A stretch of 64,000 nucleotides of DNA from Callorhinchus milii. Lineage: Eukaryota. The position numbers and the translations under genes are program-made. The DNA lies in assembly GCF_018977255.1 (NCBI RefSeq), contig NW_024704743.1, forward strand, positions 76,014,001 to 76,078,000, written 5' to 3'. The notes below the pieces were generated by a model, which saw only the letters and a program-made list of their open reading frames with translations, searched no databases and was not told the DNA's origin. Shown here in pieces: positions 28,301 to 39,534 of this stretch (its first letter is position 1; the number at the start of each line of letters is the position of its first letter).

Positions 28301-31300
28301 TCCCCAAAAACATTTGTGGAAAAAGAATTTTCCTAATTTCTCCTTGGGAGGAGGTAAACGGGATTTCCTTGGAGCTAAGCTGGCTCCCAAGTTGACGTGC
28401 TCGGCAAAAGAATGTCGGAATCGATTGAACCCTCTGTGGCAGTCTTAGTGCGGTTCATGAGCCAGGGTCTGCAGTACTCCAGGGCATTACTTATGACAGT
28501 CAAGTCAGCCTGGCTCATCAATAGGACTTGGAGGGGCAGACCAGTCTCTGGGACAGGAATTCTTCCCGCTCTTCCCTTCCTGTTAACCTTGCAGGCCAAA
28601 GCCCTGACGGGTAGGGTGGGCCTAGACAGAACAAGCTGATCTCAATTGCAAGCTATATGGTTTTAGCTAGTTATGCTCCAGCAGTACCCCAATGCATACT
28701 CTGAGGTCCCCTAGGTCTTAGCTCTTGCCAATCTGTGCCTAATAACCAAGGCAGTAAAAGGGGGACTATAGGGCCACCCCGGTTACTTAATCCGAAGCGT
28801 AACATCACTGAACTCATTAACTTAACACAGATCAGGGGTCACTTCTATTATCCTTTTCTGTATAATTATTATATTATCTGTCTGGTATCACACCTGTAGG
28901 GATTTTTTTTACTCTTTAAGTTTTTGCGTGTATCAGAGGTTGCTGTTGGCTTTCTTCTACGTTAAGTTTGTAGTAATATTATGTTTTCGTGATTACTCAG
29001 TTATGCGATGGACACACTTTAAAGCTTTCCACTGAAAAATTATGTATGGAGACGATTAACAGGAGGATAAAAATAAGTGAAGTAAGGTTGAAATTATTGG
29101 TTGCAATTTTTAAAAATCAGTTTCATCCTAACCTTACTATCTGAGTACAAACTGTGCTAACTTTGTGATGAGAAGACTGTTGCATGTTACTGTTTTGAAA
29201 GATCGTGTATCAAATGCCCACAGTACTGTTCAGTAATTGTTAGTGTATATGCTCAGATTTAACACACACTTACCAAGTTCTAATTGAAAGTTAATTTCTA
29301 AGGATATATTGTGTTAAGAGTGCAAGATAATTCATCCCATCTAATAATGGCATAGCTTCCCACATATCTGTCCCATTGAACGCATCTCAAGAACAGAAGC
29401 AGAGTCCAGAATAATGATTTTTGGCTCCAAAGGTCAAAATCTTTAGTTTCCAATAGTCACTGCCACGTTACCTGTTACCTGTTAGCTTTGCAGTGTGTCA
29501 TTGAATGCAATTATCAAATTATTTTGAGAAGTACATGATCTATATATTGTGTTGGATGACCTCAAACGACCTCATCTTGAATATGAATACATGGGGATCT
29601 GCATAGTTCTGAAAGGCAGTATTAATATTCTCATGTGCAATAATGTTGAGCCTAATATGTTATATTAGTAATAATGTTATATTGGCAGATGTCTGAATAC
29701 CATTATTCCATAATCTGTTTGATCTGTTTTTCTACAGACAATGAAAAAATGTTGGCAGACTATGGTGCTTCATTTATTACTGCATGGAAGAATACACATA
29801 ACTTCAGAGTATGGTATAGCAACAAGCACCCTGCTATCACTGAAATTAACCCAGGGTAAGCTGATAAAGTTATGTTTCTATTATGATTTTTGAAATGCAC
29901 ATCAGTTTGGTTGATGGATCTTGTTCAGAGGTAAGTTATTTTATGGGTTAATGTTACAAAAACATGCTGACCTTGCCTGTTTGATACTTGGAATTCACTT
30001 TGTTTTCTCATGGCCAACACCATTTGCTCATTGCATTCGGCTGTAATTTTTGGTAACGTAGTCTTTAGGTAGGATCAGATTGGGGATCTATGGAATAGAT
30101 GTGTTCAGACTTGTAGCCAGATTCTGACACAGAAATAGAGGCAAATTCAATCTTGGTTTCTTTGTGCGTTCATGTCTCAGTGTCTTCACTACGTCTTCTC
30201 TAACAGCTTCTCCTCCTGTATGATTTTCCTCAAGGCTTTATCTTTGGCTATCTTTTTCATCTACTTGCTTCCCTGGTGACAGCATCCACAGACATGGGGT
30301 CCACTTTAACACATACACAGATGATACTCAACTCTACTTTTCTGACTCCACCATTGACTGCAAATCACTGTTATTTTGACAGACTGCCTGTCATACTTAA
30401 AATTCTGCATGAGGCGTAACTTTCTCCAACCTAATGTCAACAAAGCTGAGACTATGCTGGGAAGGACATTTTTGTAACCCACCTCTGAACAAGATCCAAA
30501 ATTGAGACGCTCCCGCAAGCATCTCTTCACGATTTTAACCCTCCCAGTCGCTCACTCTTACCCAGAACCTCAGTGTTTTGTTTGAACCTCAACTATCCTG
30601 ATCGAATTCACTTTCCTCTATCATTGTCTACCTCGTCATTATCTCACTTCTCAAACAGCCAGAACCCTCTTTCATATCTTTGTCCCCTACAGACTTGACA
30701 TTTCCAATGCGTTGCTCATTACATGCATAATGTATGGATGTTTAATGTAGGAATTTCCTTTTAGCTATTTGAAAACTATAATAAAGCAAATGGTCTAAAG
30801 GATTAAGCCTATGATTCTAAAGATTGATTTAAGTTTAGATTCAAATCAACTTGGGCTACTATTTTGTCATTTTTAACATCTGTTACTTAAATCCCAAGTC
30901 AAAATGTTTAAAACAGAGATTGGAAAAACATGTTTAGCTCCAAAAGGAAGTCACCTAATATAGATTAATATCAATGAATGTTTAAAAATTGTATTGATAG
31001 AAACTAAATTCCATTTTCATTGCACAAAAAAATTCTAGTTACAGTTCTGCAAATTAATTTTTAAGTTCCAAGTTAATTTGATTTTGAAGCCCAGTGCTTA
31101 CGTGAATAATGACTAGAATTGCTGGTTAGGAACTAAATTTGAATAGAATATTGAAGAATAATAGGAACTTTCTTTTTTCTAGCCACCCATTTCAGGGACA
31201 ATACAATGTGTCAGATGTCAAACTAAGATTTTCACAGTAAGTAAAGTCAAAATAGAACATTTTTCTGTATATCATTCTTATCTTACGTGAAATGAATCTG

Positions 31301-34300
31301 TCTGCACTTGAAATATAGAAATTATATTCCATTGCTCATTTTCTATTTACTATATTCTGGTTACGTAAATTATTCCTTGTTTATTGAGGCCCACACTCCA
31401 GTGGATAGGTGTTCATTGAAATTCAGGAAAGGAGAGAGCAGAAAGGAATCAATGAGACAAATGCCTCTTGAGTTTGGCATCACACGAAACCCACCCAAAT
31501 GGAGATCCCCATCTCTTGCACCTTATAATGGCTTTTTTCAATATTAAAGGAATCCTTTTTNCTCCCTTCATTGATGTAGGTTGCTAACCCAGGGAAAAAG
31601 TCCATTCGCTTGAGGATGGGGTACCCAATATAGCATACATACTTCAGATATCATTGCTATTTATGGTCCATCCAGTGCAAGAAGCTTTATGCAAATAGTG
31701 CGCAATCAGATTGTAAAGAACTCCTTTGGGTCTTGTGATTCATTTACTTTAACTTTTTTGCCCTTATGGCTTCAAGATTACACCACAGTTTTCCTGGGAA
31801 ACCTAGCCCAAATTGGGTCTACATACTAGATTTAACTGACTTCGCCACAAACCCCAGTTGTGAAAACTATTTCTCCCAGCCACTGCCACCGCAAACTATA
31901 GAAATTAAGTCAGCCGTTGGTCTGACTTCCACAGTGATATAAAGATAAGAGGTTCAGGAAATTGCAAATGTGTTAATAGTTTTATTGCTTCAGTTTCCAC
32001 ACAAGACAATTTCAGTTTGTCGTTTTGAATCAGTTATATACCCAGAAGTCGACATCATTGAAGCATGTGTTGCAAAGGAATAGGGTGAATCAAATTTCTG
32101 TAAGCCCTTAGGTCAAATAGTGTATGCCTTAGAATCATCCACATAATGAGGGAAGAAGTAGTTGATGACTTGGATTAATATTTTTAGGAGCTCGATAACC
32201 ATTGGAGCTGTGCCTGAGGACTGCAAAATGCATTTCAAAACCACAGTGATGGTTTAGAGGATAGCAGTTAAGATGATTCTGGTACCTGGGCTCTAATGTC
32301 TCATTCACACTGCTGTAGTTGAAGCAATTCCAGCTTTATAATGAAGTGGATTGGCAAGCCCAGAGGCCTGTTTAAATCTCAATACATGGATGAGTTTTTT
32401 TTTAACTCCCACTCAGCTCCTGTAGGGTTCTACAAACCAAAGCTCTAATTGATAGGATGGTCTGAGCTGGACAAGCAACAGGAAACTTGCAGAACAATGC
32501 TTTCAATGCAAGCTTTTGTTTTAGTTCGTTAAACTCCAGCAGTACCTCAACACTCTGGGGTCCAGAAACAGTGCCAACCTGCACCTAATACTCATCTACC
32601 TCATGAAGGGCAAGATCAAACTTTTAGTCTTCACTTGACACCCTGTGTCTTGAAAGGGTTAGTTTCACTATATTCCCATGGATGTACATTCCCATGGATG
32701 TGGGAACTTTCATTGTAAAACAAATATTTCTTGGCTGTGGATTAGTAAATTCAACCTTTGGGATGTGACATGACCATTCTATATTTGAAAATAAATTGTA
32801 CTTTCTCAGGGTCTATCATATACTTTGGTAGGAGCTAAGCTATTTGCTACACACTTGTTTTTATAGAAAGAAAATATCCCAGGAGAAGGTGACTAACGGC
32901 TCTACAGAAAATAAACATTGGTGCTTCTGCGTGTAAACTAACCCCAAATTCATCTGAGCTTTCCACCTGTTTTTGTATAGTTGATTTTTATGTAAAGGCT
33001 AAATGAATAAAGGAAACGTTATTTGACCCTACACTTAATAGTGGAGCACTTGGAGCCTTTCACTTTATTAAATCAATATAAATTTACATTTATATACTGT
33101 ATCGCCTTTAACGTCACGAGGATGTCTCGACAAAGCTGGCTTGGCATTTAAGCTGTGGGTGGAAGTCAGGAGGGTGGGAAGGAAAGGTTATCAACTTGTA
33201 CTATTGCTGCTTTCTCCAAAAACTGGGGATTAGTAGCCCGGTGAAGTTTTATTTGCTGCTAGGATCCGTGAGATGCCAGATCCTACTGAAATAATTGTGT
33301 TTTATGGATTTTTTATGGATCACAATGTCTTCACTCCTGCTTTTCTGATTAAATGAGTCCCCAATAAAATAAAAACAGAAATCACTGGGAACACACAGCA
33401 GATCAGGCTCTCTGTGGAGAGAGGAAAATTAGTGAACATTTCAGGTTGATGATCTTTTATCAGAACGAAAGGTTCAGTTCTGACAAAAGGTCATCCATTC
33501 TCTTTCCATAGATGCTGCCTGTTCCCAGCCACATCTCTTTTATTTCAGATTTCCAGCATCTGCAGTATTTTACCTTATGCCAATGAAATCTTCCCATCTT
33601 GGATGTACATGCATCTTAAAGAGCTTAAGTGTCATCCGTGTCATTGCAAAACAAAGCATTGTGTAGCTACACTTTACAGAAGAAAACTTTTATATTTTAA
33701 CCTTTAGCATCCTATTCAGTGTACTTGTTGCACTAGTTCATGTACTAAGGGTCTGGTTCAATCAGTAGGATGAAGAGAAGTTGTAGTGTTTTTTCTTTTG
33801 AACTACTCAATATTTCTTCTAAACACCTCTGTATAATGAGCAATGCACAGCATAATTAATACTGATGCTTTGGGAAATCTCTTAGTTCATTAATGACTTG
33901 TAACTGGAAGGGGGGAAATTATTTTTTAACATAGGAGTGACTGAACAACATTAAAAATTTCCTTTGTTCTGATCCAGTTCAAAAAGGAATGAACCAACAG
34001 CATCACCTTCTGGTAGTATGTTGCCATGACTGAATGTTTCTCTGTGATGTGTGTTGTGCTTGAGATATACTATGGAAGGCTCAATTCAAACTGAATTTAT
34101 GCCTAGGTATTCATAGGAAAAGTTTAACACAGATTTAGTCTTGACAATTTAAATATTTAACCATCTGTTGGCAACAAACACGTTTCGTGTTGATTTTCTC
34201 CAATAACCAAGTTGAACGATATGCTAAATAATAGTTTCTCATCTTCCAATCATGAAAAAACCTGTTTCCTAATGGAAAAGATGAACCTCAACACATTAGT

Positions 34301-36707
34301 ATAGCTTGTATATTGTAGTTACTTTCATTATAAATTTCCCATTTAAGTAATGCAGCAAAGTGCTGCATTGACGCACCTGGAGCAACAAGTATGTCTCAAG
34401 TGTGCATAAATTGGGAAATTTTATGCATAGTATTGTCACATCTGCACTGTTGCTCTGTTAGTAGAGAGAGCATGAACCGTGAACAGATGTAAATTAATTT
34501 TGCATATCCCAGTGATATTGACTTCTGGCATGTTCACCTGATCACTGTAAACACTGAATAATTTAATGGAACTCTGACATACTTGTAACTACAATTGCTA
34601 TGTTTGTAATGGTAAACGTTGGGTTCTAAAACAAAATAGATATTTGCACGATTAATCACATTAGAAGGTTACTTAGTTTTTTTAAGTTTTGTCATTGTGA
34701 TTTGCTTTGGTGAATACTCAGGAAAGAGAGGAGGTAAAGAAGCTGCAGATACCTGAATAGTTTCTGCCTTTTGTGAGGCAATTCACCTCACATAACCTGA
34801 CACCACTTGTCAAATGGCTGGTGGATTAAAGCAAGAGGGGGCTCAAAGCAATGTACTGTCTGATCTGCTGCATTACATACTTTTTTTTAAAAGAATAAAT
34901 TGATCTATTTTTTTAACATTGGAAACTCCAGCTTGTGTCATTAAAATAACTTAGTTGGGAACGATAATGCTGGTCAGAGTCTGGAGGAAGCATCCTCACA
35001 GTGCCGGAGGTTAACTATCCACTTCAGGGTTTTAATTTAATGAAAATGATTACATTTGGAAAGAAACTCTCTGGTCCTTTCAATTTCCTAGTCAAATGGG
35101 CAGCCAGATAATGCTACTTTTGAGCTTGTGTTTTTTTTTTAAATGTCCTTTGATCAGACATGAAAATTTATTGGATTAAATCTGTTAACTACAAATTGGA
35201 TTTATAGAGTGCCCTTCCAGCACCCCTTTGCATAGGACGTTGAAAACCAAACTCCCTGTCCTTCCTGTGATATGTTGTACTGACCTCTAAATACACCACT
35301 ATATCTTTCAGTAGCTTCACAAAGATAGCCAAGTGTCACATTGTTTCCTTCCCTGAACATTTAAATGAATATCTAAGAATGCAGTGTCATCAATTCTATT
35401 GCACCCTCATGTTGGAGTGCATTTAGCAGAGACCCAACAGGCTTGTATCTGTTTTGCTTTTTTCTCTCTCGCATGTAAAACATGATCTAAGCGCTCCGAG
35501 ACACTACGCTACGTGAGGGGTTTTATATAAATGAAAGTTGTTTCTCAGTCATTTGAGATATAAATAAGGATTAGTGTCATCCCAGAGTTGGAGTGGAAGG
35601 GCTTAGAATGATGTTTCAAGAAATCCCTTCAACTACATACTGTGAATCATGGTCATGTTTTTGAGTCATTTTCTGAAAAATTTCAGAGAAGTTGTATATT
35701 TTTATATAGGTCAAAGAGACTCTTGTGCAAAATGAAATCAACATAGAAAAATTATATTACCGATATAAAGTTCCTCTATGCAAACAGGCTGTTTTATCAG
35801 ATACTTGGAAGTGGAGACATTATTCACAGGATACGCTTTCTCTGGTGGATGACTAATAAGTTCTCTCCTGACACTGTATTTGGAGATTGGGTCCTTGTAT
35901 CTTACGATTGAGGGTCAGATGTGAGGTTGTTTGGGCAAAAAAAAGCTATGCTGTTCACATACAAAGAATAGTAGCCACACATATAGCACAAAATATAAAA
36001 TCTCACTACAGCTTCCGTTTTAGGAATTTTTCTGAAATACAAAGACCATATTTATGAACTGAAGGATTTTTTAATTGATTTGTTTTTTTTCTCTCCTTTA
36101 GTTCTGTACAGAACAGTGAACGTGGGAAGAAGCTTGGCAATGCAATGGTCTCTACCAGCCGCAGTGTGGTACAGACAGGAAAGGCAGTTGGTAAGAAGAT
36201 AATAATAATAATCCTTGCTTTTGTTAGTGCCTTCACATCAAGAAGATATCCTAAAGCACTTCAAGGATGCAGTCCTACTTTAAGGATTCTTAAACCTGAT
36301 ATGTATTAATGGGAGTCTATTCAGGTGTCAGCTATGTTTTACAGTGGCACTTTCTACCAACCGTATCCTCCAACTCTTTTATAATTCCCTCTTCAGTGTC
36401 CTTCCTTGATGCCTTATTTCACAAGTTATTACCTACTGAGTAAAACAAAGTGATTGATTACCCTCCTTATTTCCAATTCCCAGTTTTGAACTTGCTCCTT
36501 GTATTTGAACTCTGCTGGTAAGGATCTGAATAATTCCAGCTGCTTGATTATACTGTTCTGATCCATTTATTTTTATTGGTTCCTGTTGCAGGTCAGTCTG
36601 TTGGAGAGGCATTGACTAGTGCCAAGTCAGCCATGAGTTCTTGGTTTTCAACTTTCAACCAGCAGACAGCAGCACCCCACACTGAAAGACAAACCGGAAA
36701 GCAATAG
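1284..36707 (+). CDS. AVL9: AVL9 late secretory pathway / cell migration-associated DENN-like protein, whole spliced CDS (16 exons, 643 aa)
   Basis: join(1284-1367,11048-11168,12348-12433,14143-14214,15349-15438,17073-17139,18561-18601,19834-19872,21935-22004,23793-24322,26471-26605,27855-28074,29738-29855,31183-31236,36102-36190,36592-36707) = 1932 nt, open frame, all GT-AG. Peptide matches recalled vertebrate AVL9 ([47 protein letters not shown]). Confidence 0.96.
4100..4582 (-). mobile_element. Degenerate Deu-domain SINE interrupted by a CR1 3' tail
   Basis: Shares segments with other copies in the window (aatgtctcagccgaaggatggcacctcc, cactgcattggagtgtc, ttcaacccacaatcttttgactc). Confidence 0.65.
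4232..4362 (+). mobile_element. CR1-type LINE 3' tail ending in (ATTCTATG)n
   Basis: gatgagctgaatggcctacttctgtgct...attctatgattctatga; close relative at 46795-46922. Confidence 0.7.
8200..9158 (-). mobile_element. Deu-domain SINE split by an L2 insertion (body 8200-8527, head 9120-9158)
   Basis: Body matches the 57969-58430 copy; the head gttagcctggctcagtggtagcatctcgcctgag resumes after the L2. Confidence 0.7.
8528..9119 (-). mobile_element. 5'-truncated L2-clade LINE 3' end
   Basis: Minus strand shows [10 protein letters not shown]...LHWLP...FKILTL-type ORF2 C-terminus (frameshifted), then tail gtaaagcgctctgagacg...ggcgctatataaat and (TTG)n. Confidence 0.85.
9525..9770. repeat. Degenerate (CA)/(GA)/(CAGA) low-complexity microsatellite
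   Basis: Directly visible. Confidence 0.85.
10327..10693 (+). mobile_element. tRNA-headed SINE, long variant, (TTA)n tail
   Basis: gtcctgtagctcagtgg A-box head, B-box-like ggttttattcc, shared body ctgtgtgcaattggctgccgc, tail tcaaatgcgagtattattat. Confidence 0.88.
11048..11168 (+). CDS. AVL9: AVL9 exon 2 ([40 protein letters not shown])
   Basis: Acceptor ttcag|, donor G|gtaagt; 121 nt. Confidence 0.96.
11254..11622 (+). mobile_element. tRNA-headed SINE, long variant
   Basis: Colinear with the 10327-10693 copy. Confidence 0.85.
12348..12433 (+). CDS. AVL9: AVL9 exon 3 ([29 protein letters not shown])
   Basis: Acceptor ttcag|, donor AAG|gttagt; 86 nt. Confidence 0.95.
14143..14214 (+). CDS. 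AVL9: AVL9 exon 4 ([24 protein letters not shown])
   Basis: Acceptor ttttag|, donor TTG|gtaaga; 72 nt. Confidence 0.95.
15349..15438 (+). CDS. AVL9: AVL9 exon 5 ([30 protein letters not shown])
   Basis: Acceptor ttgttag|, donor AAG|gtgaga; 90 nt. Confidence 0.96.
17073..17139 (+). CDS. AVL9: AVL9 exon 6 ([22 protein letters not shown])
   Basis: Acceptor actag|, donor G|gtaagt; 67 nt. Confidence 0.93.
18561..18601 (+). CDS. AVL9: AVL9 exon 7 ([14 protein letters not shown])
   Basis: Acceptor cattag|, donor AAG|gtacag; 41 nt. Confidence 0.93.
19834..19872 (+). CDS. AVL9: AVL9 exon 8 ([13 protein letters not shown])
   Basis: Acceptor tttttccag|, donor AAG|gtaaga; 39 nt. Confidence 0.93.
21022..21238 (-). 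mobile_element. 5'-truncated copy of the tRNA-headed SINE
   Basis: Near-identical to the 3' part of the 52306-52630 copy. Confidence 0.88.
21935..22004 (+). CDS. AVL9: AVL9 exon 9 ([23 protein letters not shown])
   Basis: Acceptor ttttcag|, donor CCAG|gtgagc; 70 nt. Confidence 0.94.
23004..23350 (-). mobile_element. Deu-domain SINE
   Basis: tgttggccagggcactgg...atagtgccatgggatcttttacatccacctg...caacatctcattgga, as in the other copies. Confidence 0.8.
23793..24322 (+). CDS. AVL9: AVL9 exon 10 (GMVEHGLAD...acidic linker...[15 protein letters not shown])
   Basis: Acceptor ttttag|, donor AAG|gtaatg; 530 nt; overlaps ORF 23795..24400. Confidence 0.96.
26471..26605 (+). CDS. AVL9: AVL9 exon 11 ([45 protein letters not shown])
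   Basis: Acceptor ctctccag|, donor GAT|gtaagt; 135 nt. Confidence 0.96.
27855..28074 (+). CDS. AVL9: AVL9 exon 12 ([15 protein letters not shown]...[12 protein letters not shown]...TTLQP)
   Basis: Acceptor ttcccag|, donor CCAG|gtgaga; 220 nt. Confidence 0.96.
29738..29855 (+). CDS. AVL9: AVL9 exon 13 ([39 protein letters not shown])
   Basis: Acceptor tctacag|, donor GG|gtaagc; 118 nt. Confidence 0.95.
30215..30720 (+). mobile_element. Degenerate L2 LINE reverse transcriptase fragment
   Basis: Colinear with 39535-40480 (acagatgatactcaactctac, tttctccaacctaatgtcaacaaagctgag, agacttgacatttccaatgc). Confidence 0.75.
31183..31236 (+). CDS. AVL9: AVL9 exon 14 ([18 protein letters not shown])
   Basis: Acceptor ttttctag|, donor CA|gtaagt; 54 nt. 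Confidence 0.95.
33366..33575. mobile_element. Palindromic element resembling Penelope-like terminal repeats
   Basis: Inverted arms gatgatcttttatcagaac / gttctgacaaaaggtcatc and ctgggaaca / tgttcccag, ending in tttcagatttccagcatctgcagtattt. Family assignment is from memory. Confidence 0.65.
36102..36190 (+). CDS. AVL9: AVL9 exon 15 ([30 protein letters not shown])
   Basis: Acceptor cctttag|, donor G|gtaaga; 89 nt. Confidence 0.95.
36592..36707 (+). CDS. AVL9: AVL9 exon 16, last coding exon ([38 protein letters not shown])
   Basis: Acceptor ttgcag|; TAG stop at 36705-36707. Confidence 0.94.
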
Positions 36708-39320
36708 CCAATCAGAGCTGTGCTGTTTACAGTAGGCACTCTGTACCATTCTGTTTAGTGAGCTGGGACTCTTATCATTCCTTTTATTATTATTATAATT
36801 ACGATTGTCTTATAATGAAATAATGGTAGCAAAAGTCAGGAGATCATCTAATTCACTGATGGCCTATTTTCAGTGCCGTTATGAAGACTACACACATCAA
36901 TGTTTTATCTGTTCTCGATATACAGTCCCAAGCTGGACCAACTGAGTTCCATGTTTCCTGGGTTCTCTTCTAATGTCACTTTTATATTTTGGATCTGGAG
37001 AAATGGAAAAGAGAAGTCATTGATACTCAGCTTTGTCTAATAGCACAGCTACCACTTTTAAATTTGGAACCAGTTTGTTCTTTTTTTCCCCCACAGAATG
37101 GAACATACAACACTTTAAAGTAGTTTCCACGATTGTCTTATAATGAAATAATGGTAGCAGAAGTCAGGAGATGAGCCTGAATCACATTTTCTAGATCTCT
37201 GCTACCTAAATAACTGTAGCAGAACTGGAGGGGGGGAATTGTCTAATTGAAAGAAGCATATCACTTTTAAGTTCTGCACATGAGGAACAGCACTGACACC
37301 AAACTTTTATCATTTGGTTGTTGGCATGCCTCACTGCAGAGGCAATGGGAGACCCATTTCCAGTAAAGGTTTGCAGATATTCAATGCCTGAAAAGTTGGC
37401 CACATTTCGTTACTTGTTGCCGATGGAGGCAAACAAACCTGTAATGTAAAAGCATTGTTAGTGGGTGATGTGTAACTGTTTTCTCCTATCACTGGAAAAT
37501 GCTACACCTGCACAGGTTTTTACTGTAGCCATGTTGTAGCCATGTTCTTTTTTCCCTGCTTTGTGTCAAAACATTAAATGGAACTGGTCATAGTTGCACA
37601 CACTAACAAAGCCTAGATTTAACATGAATATTACACAGGGGCAGCCAGGAAATGTCACTTTTGAGCTAGTTTTTTTTGAAAAATGTCCTTTAATCAGACA
37701 TGAAAATGTATTGGATTTAATTGGTTAATTACAACAAATTGAGCATCTGGTCATCATTTTTGAGTTGGGTCGTTAATATTCAAACAAATTGGTAAACGGT
37801 TTACATTTTTTACATACCTTTTAATGGCAGTCTGTCCAAAGCTTGTTTGAAATTTTGATTTCAGCAGTCAATGTATGAAACACAAGTAGCTCTTTTATAA
37901 TTAAAACCTGCTCCTACTTTTGTACCATATGGGGCTTCTGCTTGAAATATAAATATGTCTTAGTTTTTATTATAAAGCCAAGTCATTACCAAAAAAACTT
38001 TGCTTGTGCAAGAAGCAGTTGTTTGCTGCATGTATTTAATTATGAACAAGTTACATTTAAATTACTGGGAATACAATAAAGGGAAAATGTCATTCTGGGC
38101 TCAGCTACTGAGAACGCTATCTTACTTCCTTCCCAGATGTTTAGCACTGCAATATAGTAAATCATGAAAACTGAAAGTGTATTATCTGAGTGTAATGCTC
38201 TCTGAATGGCTCTTTTGTTACTAACTTTAGCAAATGAACTGTTTGGTGAGATGACATTGTAAAATATTACAAATATAAAAAAATGTGCTTGATATCATTT
38301 TTACACTCACTGTTGCAGAGTGGTAGACATGGCCACAAACTCAAGTGCATTTTAAGTAGAAATATGGTTTAAAATCATGCTTCTCAACTTTAAGCATGGT
38401 TGAATTTTTACATCACCTGTTCAGGCATGTATAGCTTGTTATGGAATAAAATGTAATTGTATATTTTGAGTATTTTAGGGGAAGAACCTTTCAATCTCCC
38501 TCAAATTTCCCAACCCTAAACATTTAACTAGTTACTATTGCAGGGTCAACATTCTTCCATTCTGCTGACGGCCATCTAGATTTATTCCACTTATTAAAAA
38601 TGGATAAAAGTGAAGGGGGAAAAGAATAAGGCAAACTTTACACTTTATTTGGAAATTATATTATGTTCTTAAGCTCACAGTTAATACTTTCCGGAATTAG
38701 GTGAGCAGGATGCGTCCCTCCAAGGAGCGAGTGTGCATCCCATTCCAACATATTTCTGGGATTTGCATGTGTAGGTGGGATGCATAGAATTCTCAGCTTG
38801 GGTTGGATACTCTTAAGCATGGTGATGGGTTTCTGCAGACACCCATCTGACGAAAAGAAATTCATTGATCTGTAACTAATTATAACGCTCAACCCAGATT
38901 TAGAGAAAGTCTGAATGTTTTTCTTCTATAGATTCACCTTCTGTAAATCCAGTGGGAGCACAGATTGCAGAAGCATTTTGAACGTTTTACTGCCAGACAA
39001 AAAATATATAATTTTTTATTGCAGGAATAGTTTCAACTATGAAATAGAAAATGTGAAAAGTATAGTTTTTCAGCTTGATCTATGCAGTGATTTTGCTCAT
39101 ACAGTCAAACACTTAATAAAGTTATTTTATTCAAAATATTTAAATTCTATGTAAAGCTAAACCTGCGAATGAGATGTACATGTTATACTGCAGTTTTGAT
39201 TTGATTCTATAGAAAATATAGCTTTGCAGATGTTTAGTACAAATTCATTGCATTTCCACTCACTCAGTTTAAACATTCTATGGACTTAAGGTATGAACTT
39301 ATTTGATATTTTGTGTTTTA

Positions 39321-39326
39321 AATAAA
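39321..39326 (+). terminator. Candidate AVL9 poly(A) signal (alternatives at 38075, 38445, 39115)
   Basis: AATAAA followed by a GT/T-rich tract, at the end of an AT-rich UTR-like region just before the L2 insertion. Confidence 0.45.
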
Positions 39327-39534
39327 TCTTAATCTTGTAATTATGCCAGTGAAAAATGTTTTTGCTGTTTCTAGGATCTTTGCACAGATGTACAAGTCAT
39401 GTTTAGTTTAGAATTGATTAAATCTCTCAAATTCAGTTTTGTGTCAGGGTTTTATTGCTTTGAATTATGTGCATAAGTAGCAAACGGATTTGTGTTTTTT
39501 TTAAAAAGAAATGGTTTTTTTTAAAAAGAAATGC

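Noticed and set aside
1368..36591. Minor-spliceosome (U12) introns in AVL9
   Set aside because: All donors are ordinary GT types; none has the GTATCCTT/ATATCCTT signature.
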